Assembly: GCA_002269645.1 (NCBI GenBank)
Contig: NIVC01000695.1
Location: 248,001-312,000, forward strand
Source of the DNA: Macrostomum lignano
Taxonomy: Eukaryota
Reading direction: 5' to 3'
Length of the DNA: 64,000 nt
Shown here: piece after piece, positions 1-11,676 of the stretch
How positions within the stretch are numbered: the first letter of the stretch is position 1
How the letters are laid out: the number at the start of each line of letters is the position of its first letter
The notes under the pieces: generated by a model
The model's input: only the letters and a program-made list of their open reading frames with translations
Told to the model about the DNA's origin: nothing
Databases searched by the model: none
Translations under genes and position numbers: made by a program

Positions 1-90
1 ATCTAACTCTATCTGTCTGATATCTAACCCTATCCCTTTGACATCCGCTTAATGACAGTCCTCCAAATGACGTCAGCACATCTCATCCAT

Positions 91-3000
91 CTATTCCCAC
101 CGCCTGCACTCACCCGCATCCCTTAATATATCCAGAAATTTATGAAACCTCCTAAAAGAAGTCTCAATGCTCTCCAACAGTTCCTCATCCTGCAGGAGGC
201 TGGCTCCGCCGCCCCTGCCAGCCTCCCGGATCCGCTGCTCAAGCTGACGTTTCAACGCCGAATTCTCCGCCCGAAGTCGGCGAGCCTCTTCGTCGGCACG
301 CTGTCGACAGGCCGACTCGCGACGGAGCCGTCGGCGCTGATTAGCCAGCTCGATTTTCAGCGCCTTGATGGCGCTAGGCGCCGGCGGCGCCTCCTCCATC
401 TCCTTGACCAGCGGGGACACCACCGTGGCGTCCTCCTCGTCGCCTGACTGCTCATCGTCGATGTCTACAAAATTGTCGTCCTCGTCGACAATCTGCTGGC
501 GAGGTCGGAGAGGCTCGTCCAAATCGGCTGCAGTTCTGGGCGTGGCCATGGGGCTGGTCTTCTCCTCCAGGTGGCTCTTGCCCGGCGTGTGGTTGCTGGG
601 GTAGCCTGGGATGGGAAAGATGATGATGAAGAACTCATGATTATCAGATTTTTAGGGCACTGATACTGTATGGAGGCACATAGTCGATCGTACGGCCCAC
701 GTAGCTACAATTGAAATGTGTGAACCCATGTGAAATCGAATTAAAATAAGCAACCGGAAGTAGGAAATAAACTAAGCAATCGGAAGTAGGAAACAATCTA
801 AGCAATCGGAAGTAGGAACCAATCTAAGCAACCGGAAGTAGGAAACAATCTAAGCAATCGGAAGTAGGAACCAATCTAAGCAACCGGAAGTAGGAACCAA
901 TCTAAGCAATCGGAAGTAGTATCTAAGCAACCGAAAGTAGGAACCAATCTAAGCAATCGGAAGTAGGAACCAATCTAAGCAATCGGAAGTAGGAACAAAA
1001 CTAAGCAACCGGAAGTAGGAACAAAACTAAGCAACCGGAAGTAGGAACAAATTTAAGCAACCGGAAGTAGAACTAAACTAAGCAGCCGGAAGTAGGAACA
1101 AATTTAAGCAACCGAAAGTAGGAACCAATCTAAGCAACCGGAAGTAGGAACCAATCTAAGCAACCGGAAGTAGGAACAAATTTAAGCAATCGGAAGTAGG
1201 AACCAATCTAAGCAACCGGAAGTAGGAACCAATCTAAGCAACCGGAATTAAGAACCAATCTAAGCAATCGGAAGTAGGAACCAATCTAAACAATCGGAAG
1301 TAGGAACCAATCTTAGCAATCGGAAGTAGGAACCAATCTAAGCAATCGGAAGTAGGAACAAAACTAAGCAACCGGAAGTAGGAACCAATCTAAGCAATAG
1401 AAAGTAGGAACCAATCTAAGCAACCGGAGGTAGAAACTAAACTAAGCAACCGGAAGTAGGAAAAAATTCAAGCAACCGGAAGTAGGAAAAAATTCAAGCA
1501 ACCGGAAGTAGAACTAAACTAAGCAACCGGAAGTAGGAACAAATTTAAGAAACCGGAAGTAGAACTAAACTAAGCAGCCGGAAGTAGGAAATAAACTAAG
1601 CAATCAGAAGTAGGAACAAAACAAAGCAACCGGAAGTAGGAACCAATATAAGCAATCGGAAGTAGGAACCAATCTAAGCAACCGGAAGTAGGAACTAAAC
1701 TAAGCAACCGGAAGTAGGAACCAATCTAAGCGACAGGAGGTAGGAACCGGCTTCCTAATTAACGCGCGAAGAACAGGAAAAATGAGAACCAGCAGACGAG
1801 AACCAGAAGTAAAAGAGAGCTCACCCTTGTAGCGCGAGGCACGCTGCGCCGTGCGCCACGGAATACCGACACGCCTGCCGCTAGAGGCGCCCCCGCCTCT
1901 GTGCCCGTCAGCGGTAGGCCAAAAGGCCTCCGAGCCGCCATAGTAGCCTTCGCCTCCGCGCGGCTCAGCGCTGCGACTTCGCAGTCTGCTGACGCCCGCC
2001 GGACGGAAAGCTGGCCGGCCGGGCCGGACAGAGCGACTCGTCTGCGGCATTTGATGTCGCCGCCGCCTGCCTTGAAGATCAAAGGACGCCGCCGATGCGC
2101 CATTCTGAGCCGACGATTCCACAGGCTCCAATTTCTGCCATTTGAATTCGGAGTCTTTTCCGTCGCCGTTAACAATTACCTGAGCGCGGCAGGTGTTGGG
2201 GAACAATTACGTGTCATTACAGGTGCTAATTGGAGGTTGTAAAAAAGTAATTAATTACGAGCTAATAATCAAACGGTTGTAAAGATAACAGGAACAAAGT
2301 TTGAGAGTCAATTAAAATACTTAATTTCACAAACCTTATCCAATTTATAGACACAAACTTGAACACTTAATAAACCAACCTAAACCGATTGATAAACACA
2401 AACTTTAAACTAAATTGATAAACACAAACTTCAAACAGATTGATAAACACAAACTTCAAACAGATTGATAAACACAAACTTCAAACAGATTGATAAACAC
2501 AAACTTCAAACAGATTGATAAACACAAACTTCAAACAGATTGATAAACACAAACTTCAAACAGATTGATAAACACAAACTTCAAACAGATTGATAAACAC
2601 AAACTTCAAACCAATTGATAAACACAAACTTCAAACAGATTGATAAACACAAACTTCAAACAGATTGATAAACACAAACTTCAAACCAATTGATAAACAC
2701 AAACTTCAAACAGATTGAGAAACACAAACTTCAAACCAATTGATAAACACAAACTTCAAACCAATTGAGAAACACAAACTTCAAACCAATTGATAAACAC
2801 AAACTTCAAACAGATTGATAAACACAAACTTCAAACAGATTGATAAACACAAACTTCAAACAGATTGATAAACACAAACTTCAACCAGATTGATAAACAC
2901 AAACTTCAAACAGATTGATAAACACAAACTTCAAACAGATTGAGAAACACAAACTTCAAACCAATTGATAAACACAAACTTCAAACAGATTGATAAACAC

Positions 3001-4645
3001 AAACTTCAAACAGATTGCTAAACACAAACTTCAAACCGATTGATAAACACAAACTTCAACCAGATTGATAAACACAAACTTCAACCAGATTGATAAACAC
3101 AAACTTCAAACAGATTGCTAAACACAAACTTCAAACCGATTGATAAACACAAACTTCAACCAGATTGATAAACACAAACTTCAAACAGATTGATAAACAC
3201 AAACTTCAAACAGATTGAGAAACACAAACTAAACCGATTGATAAACACAAACACAGAGAACGATAACCTCAGGCAGCTAATAAACAAATCAAGTGTTTCG
3301 GCTTCACCCTCACCTGCTCAGTGAGAGCGTGCAGCAGATCCTTATCAATAAGGTGATTCCGTCGCAAGTCCAGCACCACCAGAGTCGTATTCAATTTGAG
3401 CACAGCCAGCAGACTCTTGGCTCCCGCATTTCCAATGCCGCAGCCCTGCAAGTCGATCGCTTTGACCCACAGGTCGTCTTTAAGTGCGTCGGCCAACACC
3501 TGAGCGCCCTGGTCGTCAATTAACGGATTATTGTTCAACGCGATTCGTCTCAGGCCGTGCATGCTGTCGAAATTCGGTCGTCGGTAGCGAAGGCTGTCGC
3601 GCCAGGCCTCGTTGTGCCGACTGGTGGCCTGCGGTTGAGAAGCGCGAAGTGGGCGTGTTATCTGTACATGTACATGTGCATAAAAATGATTATTACAGGC
3701 AGCTATAATGCGCAGATGTGCAACCGACAGCTCAGCCGCAGCCATTGCGCGGCGCATCTGAAGGCTGCGTACGGCTGTTCAGTCCAAGGACTCGGGGGGG
3801 GGGAGTCACCACACACACCCTCAATTACCCCAGCTAATGCTGGCACCCATTTTACAGCTGGGTGAACTGAAGCGACGCAAGATTTAAGTGTCTTGCTCGA
3901 GGACACAAATTTTTCCGAGTGGTTCAAGAATCGAACCTCCGACCTTCCAGTCGTGAGTCCGACGCTCTAACCTCTAGGCTCCATTCCTCAAATGAAATGT
4001 CAGCAATTCATTATGATAAACACGACAAAAACTACAAAAAACTACCTGAAAGCCAATAAGTCTGCCCAGTTCGTCCACAGCGCGCCAGGTAAGACCATTG
4101 CCGGACAGATTCAAGAAAGCCACATTGCCCGCGTGACGCAACGCCCTGCACAGGTGTTCAACACCAACATCGCCGATCTTAGCTGACTCCAAGGACAGAC
4201 TTTTTAGCGTGGAATTTGCGGCAATGCCGCGACCCAGAGCTGCCGCGTCGCGTTCTCGAAGTCGGATGCCTTCGAGTTCCAGACAGCCGAGAGCCTGCGT
4301 GCCCGACAGGCAGTCGCGCAGGCTTAAGCAGAGTCGGTAGCTGATCTCCTTGCTGCAGACTGCCGGTTGCTTTCGCGATGCTCTCTGCTGCTGCTGCTGC
4401 TGCTGATGGTGATATTGACTACGAAAAGCAACGAATTCAAGGCTGCGATTGAGTCGCAGAGCCGACAGAACTGGCGCCCAATCGGCGTGGCGAATTCTGT
4501 CGGCGTTGATGTCGATGACGCCTTCGGCTAGGTGAGCTTTCACCGAGGGTAGCGGGGCGCTGCTCTGCAGAGCGCAGAGGTTGTCATAGTAACCAGAGAA
4601 ATCTACAGCTGCCTGCTGGCGTCGGACTACAGACTGGATTACCAT
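91..4645 (-). CDS. CEP78: Centrosomal protein 78 (LRR centriole protein), 4 exons: 4645-4046, 3628-3314, 2179-1825, 605-91; about 594 aa
   Basis: Peptides AAVDFSGYYDNLCALQSSAPLPSVKAHLAEGVIDINADR, RHNEAWRDSLRYRRP and DDLWVKAIDLQGCG closely parallel vertebrate CEP78. All three introns have GT-AG ends with matching phases (0,0,1); total 1785 nt. The ORF track starts at a GTG (4684); the first ATG is 4645. Confidence 0.93.
747..1745 (+). repeat. 26-bp minisatellite (AAGCAACCGGAAGTAGGAACCAATCT) in CEP78 intron 3
   Basis: About 37 degenerate tandem copies read directly. Confidence 0.95.
2382..3252 (+). repeat. 25-bp minisatellite (TGATAAACACAAACTTCAAACAGAT) in CEP78 intron 2
   Basis: About 34 near-identical tandem copies. 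Confidence 0.95.
3688..3982 (-). mobile_element. tRNA-derived SINE family 1, CORE-like central domain (copy 1, CEP78 intron 1)
   Basis: Minus strand begins with a tRNA-like head (AGCCTAGAGG A-box-like, GGTTCGATTC B-box), followed by GTGTCCTCGAGCAAGACACTTAA...CAGCTGTAAATGGG, which resembles the CORE domain. Second copy at 44540-44767. Confidence 0.75.
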
Positions 4646-5763
4646 TGGGAACTGGGGCTGTTGGGGATGTACAGTAATGGGCACAACAATTTTGGATGCA
4701 AATCATATTGAAAATAAATAAGTTTGTTTTGCTAAATGAATATGCTTAGGTTATTTGTTACATTTTGATATTTACCTAATAGATTTTTTAAAGTTTAAAT
4801 TAGATAAAGGTATAAATATTAAGATTAGGCTCTCAATAAAAGAAAAATAATTGAGTCAGTCCAAAATATGCTCATCAACTTTATAATATACTTTTTTAAC
4901 TTGGTTCTGTAAATATTGCTTCAATATTTTCTTAGTCTTAAATAATTTCAGATAATTTTAATGTATATCTTTGAATTAAAATGCATATTAAAATTTCTGC
5001 ATATAATGATATAATACCATGGTATTACAGTAAATAGAACATTTCTACTACTATGGCTTATGCGTCATAGCCAAAAAATATACTTTAATAGTTTATCAGA
5101 GCACTTAATTATATACATTATGAGAATTTGTTGTTTAGACAATAAATCTATATTTATTAGGCGCTTCTTTACAACTAAAGACACTACTAGATTTGGATTA
5201 GCAAACAAAATACTTCAGACTGTAATTTATTTTGTGTGAATATACATTTTCGCTATACAGAGATTTCTCTAAAAAGTGTCTATTCAAACTTAGCTAAATA
5301 GCTCATTACAAGCAATCGTAAAAAGGCACAATTCTTTACTCTACACACATACTTTTTATTTAAGATGACGAACACAGCACTTAAAACCAGCCTAGAACTG
5401 CATACTAAAATATACTTTGACTGGTAAAAAATTATCATAAATAATATAGGAATTCGCAAGAGGATTGAAAATGAATACTGATACAATTCTTAGACAAAAC
5501 TAATATATTTATTATACTTCTTTAATTTACGAGCTATAAATAAAATGTTTAAAATGGCATAACTAACAAAAACAAAAGTAAAAAAACTGTTCAAAAGTTT
5601 GAATTTGTTTTTCTCAGTCAAAGCTAGCGATATTTTTTAACGTTTATTTAGAAATTACATTTTTCCAAGACACAACTTCCCTCTTATAGGATTTTTTCTG
5701 CCAGTGAATCGTCTTAATTTTTATCTAATATTTCTAATTATTCTACTTAAAGGGGTTTTTGAA

Positions 5764-8732
5764 ATGTCTGACCAGAAGCCAATTTTGCCTCCAAAACCAG
5801 GTGAGTTTTCAATATTTTGCGTTAAGTTCATTGCAATTTAATCGAAGCAAACAATGAACAAAAATCATTTACGAATTTCAATAAACTGAGTCAGAGTCGT
5901 GCATATTTAAAAAAAAGTATTTCGTACGATTCTGTCGGGTGTGTAATATTAAAAAATTGTTATTAGGTGAGAAATATTTTTAGTTAAGTGCCCTTATTCT
6001 AATGTTTAACATATTATATTTCAACATTTTCCATTTGTGTTATCGGCTGATCTATTTATATCTAAAGGCAGCGTAAAATTCCATTTTAATTTTAGGCCAA
6101 GTTCGTGTCATCAAAGCCCTATACAATTATGCTGCTCAAGCTGTATGTATTTCTAATACTTTCAACATTTCATTATTATAAAATGATAGCTTAATGTCAT
6201 AGTGATAATAAAACAATTAATTAAAAAAATGTCACCTTGATTTTGTGGCCCATTTCAGAAAGATGAACTGTCATTTGATGCAGGAGATATTTTGTACCTA
6301 GTAGATAGCACTAACAAGGACTGGTACACAGCTAGGTGTGGTTCCTCTGTAGGCCTCATTCCTAGCAACTATGGTAAGTTTTGACATTTCTTTAATTGCA
6401 ATTTCGAGTAAAGAATATAGAGATAGATTTTTAGTATATGGATTTGCATCAAATATGTACTTTTGCCATTGGAAGATGCACCATACTATGCCAGTGAATG
6501 GAATGGAAATACAAGAATAGGATAAAAGTAACTAAAAGTAGAGTAAAAGTAAAGTTTAAAAAGTAAAAATTAAAAGTAATTTTGTAACTGTAGGGCAGTC
6601 AATAAGTGGCTAATAAATATTGTAAAAAAAATTCATGATCTTCAGTTGAAGAGCAGACAGAAGCAGTGCCGCAGCCGATGCACTCTGCTTGCCAATATGG
6701 AAACCTGACTTTCCTTGCCGAACTAATCGATAACAAGGTAATAATTATAAATTAATTGTATTTTACTTTGTAAAATTGTCTTTTATCTATTGCATGTCAA
6801 TCAATCAATCAATCAATCAATCAATTAGGTGTCTGTCAACGGACTGGACGCTGCTGGCAACACGGCGCTGCACTGGGCTAGCAGGGGCGGTCACGCCGAA
6901 TGCGTCAGGCTGCTGCTGATGGCTAACTGCGATGCCAACGCTCAGGTGAGAGGGTGTGGGAACACTGAGGAGGGTGTGAGAACACTGAGGAGGGTGTGGG
7001 AACACTGAGGAGGGTGTGGGAACACTGAGGAGGGTGTGGGAACACTGAGGAGGGTGTGGGAACACTGAGGAGGGTGTGGGAACACTGAGGAGGGTGTGGG
7101 AACACTGAGGAGGGTGTGGGAACACTGAGGAGGGTGTGGGAACACTGAGGAGGGTGTGGGAACACTGAGGAGGGTGTGGGAACACTGAGGAGGGTGTGGG
7201 AACACTGAGGAGGGTGTGGGAACACTGAGGAGGGTGTGGGAACACTGAGGAGGGTGTGGGAACACTGAGGAGGGTGTGGAAACACTGAGGAGGGTGTGGG
7301 AACACTGCGGAGGGTGTGGAAACACTGAGGAGGGGGTGGAAACACTGAGGAGGGTGTGGGAACACTGAGGAGGGTGTGGAAACACTGAGGAGGGTGTGGG
7401 AACACTGAGGAGGGTGTGGAAACACTGAGGAGGGTGTGGGAACACTGAGGAGGGTGTGGGAACACTGAGGAGGGTGTGGGAACACTGAGGAGGGTGTGGG
7501 AACACTGAGGAGGGTGTGGGAACACTGAGGAGGGTGTGGGAACACTGAGGAGGGTGTGGGAACACTGAGGAGGGTGTGGGAACACTGAGGAGGGTGTGGG
7601 AACACTGAGGAGGGTGTGGGAACACTGAGGAGGGTGTGGGAACACTGAGGAGGGTGTGAGAACACTGAGGAGGGTGTGGGAACACTGAGGAGGGTGTGGG
7701 AACACTGAGGAGGGTGTGGGAACACTGAGGAGGGTGTGGGAACACTGAGGAGGGTGTGGGAACACTGAGGAGGGTGTGGGAACACTGAGGAGGGTGTGGG
7801 AACACTGAGGAGGGTGTGGGAACACTGAGGAGGGTGTGGGAACACTGAGGAGGGTGTGGGAACACTGAGGAGGGTGTGGGAACACTGAGGAGGGTGTGGG
7901 AACACTGAGGAGGGTGTGGGAACACTGAGGAGGGTGTGGAAACACTGAGGAGGGTGTGGGAACACTGCGGAGGGTGTGGAAACACTGAGGAGGGGGTGGA
8001 AACACTGAGGAGGGTGTGGGAACACTGAGGAGGGTGTGGAAACACTGAGGAGGGTGTGGGAACACTGAGGAGGGTGTGGAAACACTGAGGAGGGTGTGGA
8101 AACACTGAGGAGGGTGTGGGAACACTGAGGAGGGTGTGGGAACACTGAGGAGGGTGTGGGAACACTGAGGAGGGTTTGGGGATACAGAAGGGTGACGGGA
8201 CACTGAGAAAGGTGACGGGACACTGAGAAAGGTGACAGGACACTGAGAAAGGTGACGGGACACTAAGAAGGGTGACGGGACACTGAGGAGGGTGCGGGAC
8301 ACTGAGGAGGGTGCGGGACACTGAGGAGGGTGCGGGACACTGAGGAGGGTGCGGGACACTGAGGAGGGTGCGGGACACCGAGGAGGGTGTGAGAACACTG
8401 AGCGTGTGTCGATATTAGAAATTTACTTACAAATGCCAACAAACCACCGCTGTCAGAACAAATCTGGGGACACAGCCCTGCACCTGGCCGCCTGGAAGAG
8501 TCACTCCGCCGTAGTCGAACTCCTGCTGTTCGGCGACGGAGCCCAGGTCCACACTGGCGTGGCCAATGCCAGCATGTCGGTGAAGAATCGGCAGGGTGAG
8601 ACGCCTTTAGCCATGGCCAAAGACGCCGAGGTTAAAGCGGCACTGCTGAGGGCGGCCAGGCTGCTGGGGAGAACTACCTCAGCCACCGAGGTGACCTATA
8701 GCGACTCAGACGATGGAGACGACTCAGATTAA
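5764..8732 (+). CDS. OSTF1: Osteoclast-stimulating factor 1 (Pro-rich, SH3, ankyrin repeats), 6 exons: 5764-5800, 6096-6142, 6259-6373, 6646-6737, 6829-6945, 8457-8732; 227 aa
   Basis: Spliced product MSDQKPILPPKPGQVRVIKALYNY...GLIPSNYVEEQ...VNGLDAAGNTALHWA...NKSGDTALHLAAWK...DDSD matches OSTF1 architecture. All junctions GT-AG and in frame (684 nt). Confidence 0.93.
6948..8400 (+). repeat. 20-bp G-rich minisatellite (GAGGGTGTGGGAACACTGAG) filling OSTF1 intron 5, changing to a 19-bp variant after about 8180
   Basis: More than 60 tandem copies starting just after the splice donor. Confidence 0.97.
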
Positions 8733-9089
8733 GGATCTATCATTCTCAAGGAGAGTGACTATAGTTTTGCTAATCTATATTAACAAAAATCACGAGATGT
8801 TGCTTCTTCAACATACTACTGTTCAGTAGGAATGCGAGAATTTTTTTAATAACGAAAACTTCTCTCTTTCAATACTTTTTATTAATCGAATCTATTGTTT
8901 ATTTAACTCTTGTATTTATTCATGAATTGTGTCTTAATGCGCAGTGAGATTATAGATATAATTAATTTTTGACGGGATATCGCCATTTCACTGCCAGAAG
9001 TTCGAGTGCAAGGGACATTTTATCTTCGGACGATAAATAGAGTTAGGCTATGGTTAACAGTTCAGTTGTGATAGTGAAATAGGTGACAG

Positions 9090-9745
9090 TCCAATGTCAC
9101 TGGCAGTCAAATGTCACTGAATGTCAGACTTCACTGACGTCAAATGTCACTGACTGTCAGACTTCACTGACTGTCAAATGTCACTGGCTGTCAAATGTCA
9201 CTGACTTTCAAATGTCACTGACTGTCAGACTTCACTGACGTCAAAGGTCACTAACGGTCAAATGTCACTGACTGTCAGACTTCACTGACTCAAATGTCAC
9301 TGACAGCCAAATGTCACTGACGGTCAAATGTCACTGACAGCCAAATGTCACTGACAGCCAAATGTCACTGACGGTCAAATGTCACTGACAGCCAAATGTC
9401 ACTGACGGTCAAATGTCACGACGGTCAAATGTCACTGACGGTCAAATGTCACTGACAGCCAAATGTCACTGACGGTCAAATGTCACTGACGGTCAAATGT
9501 CACGACGGTCAAATGTCACTGACGGTCAAATGTCACTGACGGTCAAATGTCACTGACAGCCAAATGTCACTGACGGTCAAATGTCACTGACTGTCAGACT
9601 TCACTGACGGTCAAATGTCACTGACGGTCAAATGTCACTGACGGTCAAATGTCACTGACTGTCAAATGTCACTGACGGTCAAATGTCACTGACCGTCAGA
9701 CTTCACTGACTGTCAAATGCCACTGTCAGTCAAATGTCACTGCTA
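9090..9745 (+). repeat. 17-bp minisatellite (CAAATGTCACTGACGGT)
   Basis: About 38 copies with GGT/GCC/TGT variants. Confidence 0.93.
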
Positions 9746-10274
9746 ATTTAACTGTGTACGCTTTAAATCATCTCTAAATGTTTATTTCAGTATGAATGCC
9801 TGCCAATAATAATTAATTTTTGTCACTGTTCCCAGGAAACTGTGTCCTAGAACACAGTGTCACAGGTGAACACTAGTGTCCTAATGTTCACCTTAGAATC
9901 GTAATCTTTGAACGCGAAGAAAAAAAACTATCTTTCAAAAAATTATTCAATAAGCAGTGTACAAATGATCCTACTTACAATAGTAGTCTCGGTGGATCGT
10001 TAAGCTGTTGAGTATTTATTTGAGAAATTGCCTTGATACTTGATTTTGTAACCCGATGTATGGTATGTCATTTTTAAGCAAATTTTCTTTTTTTATCCTC
10101 ATTGTCACTGCCATTAGATATTTTTTAAGGCAAATTTGCACTTTTCGTAATAGAAAAAATAATTCGTTATGCAGAATAAACTGTGCTTCCGTCTCTTGAG
10201 CTGTGAATTGTGCTTTAGTTAAAACTTTTTTATTCAGAAGCCGTGTGAAAAGTTTTTTATAAAATTTGCTGTCT

Positions 10275-10880
10275 TAGTTCTACTCTATATTCTACTTCCA
10301 CTTCTACTCTATCTTTTTCTCTCACTTATACTCTCCCTTCTACTCTCCCTTCTACTTTCACTTCTACTCTCACTCCAACTCTCACTCCAACTCTCACTTC
10401 TACTCTCACTTCTACTCTCACTTCTAATCTCACTCCAACTCTCACTTCTACTCTCACTTCTACTCTCACTTCTACTCTCACTTCTACTCTCACATCTACT
10501 CTCACTTCTACTCTCACTTCTACTCTCACTTCTACTCTCACTTCTACTCTCACTTCTATTCTCCCTTCTACTCTCACTTCTACTCTCACTTCTACTCTCA
10601 CTTCTACTCTCACTTTTACTCTCACTTCTAATCTCACTCCAACTCTCACTTCTACTCTCACTCCAACTCTCACTCCAACTCTCAATTCTACTCTAAATTC
10701 TACTCTCACTTTTACTCTCACTTCTAATCTCACTCCAACTCTCACTTCTACTCTCACTCCAACTCTCACTCCAACTCTCAATTCTACTCTAAATTCTACT
10801 CTCCTTCTGAAAAGTAGATTTTTGAAAACTTCTGAAAACTCTTTCTTTTACTCTTTCTTCTACTCTCCCTTCTACAATAT
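10275..10880 (+). repeat. 12-bp pyrimidine-rich tandem repeat (CTCTCACTTCTA)
   Basis: About 45 copies; source of the VRVE ORF. Confidence 0.93.
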
Positions 10881-11676
10881 TTTGTATTACTCATTTTTCT
10901 GCCAATTTTCTCAGCCCACTGCCCATGCCTCACTCACAGTTTTTCATTTCCACCTAGAAATAACTATGTCGTTTAGCGAGGCACATCGCCGCAAATAAAT
11001 TAATAAATCAGTTAGCTAAACCCAGGCGAGGGCTATGGAATAAAACATAGCAGGGCATAAAAAGCTAATTTAATTAACGAAGAACACACAGTTTTGGACA
11101 GGTAAAGTGAGTGGATGCGTGACCTCAATGCTTCCGTTCTATGAATTTGTTATAATGAGAAAGTTGGCTTAAGGCGTCTTTTGATTTGACGGAATTCTCG
11201 GCCCGTCATGAACTTGTAATTTCTTTAAAGCGAGGGCTTTTACTGGTAAAACAGCTCGTAAGTGTCAGCTCATCAGCGAACTTCAGTGAGGTATTAAAAT
11301 CGTAATAATTAAAGCGCAATATCAAAGTAATTTCTAGAAAGCATGGATTCTATGAGCTACTCGGGTTGTAATTGGGAATATTTCTTTATACAATCATATA
11401 ATTGGGAAACACTACGCAGCTGTAAGGGATGGAACCACTACGTTACAAAATCTAAGCTACACGAGCAGTTGCTAAAGCGAAGAATATCGTACTACATATG
11501 TAGATAATACAGGGAATTCGAATCGGGTGACCACATGTTTTTATCATTTTTTTCGATGCGATTAGATGACGTGATATAACTTTTTGTGTCCGCGTCACTC
11601 TCCGCTAGGAAAAGAAATTTTAGTCCTGTGGACACATTCATTCTTGGTGGGCGACGCAACTCAGCGACCAGCAAGG

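Noticed and set aside
6817-8398. Three 468-491 aa ORFs (SVFPHPPQCSHTLL...)
   Set aside because: Translations of the 20-bp intronic array on the antisense strand of OSTF1; open only because the unit lacks stops.
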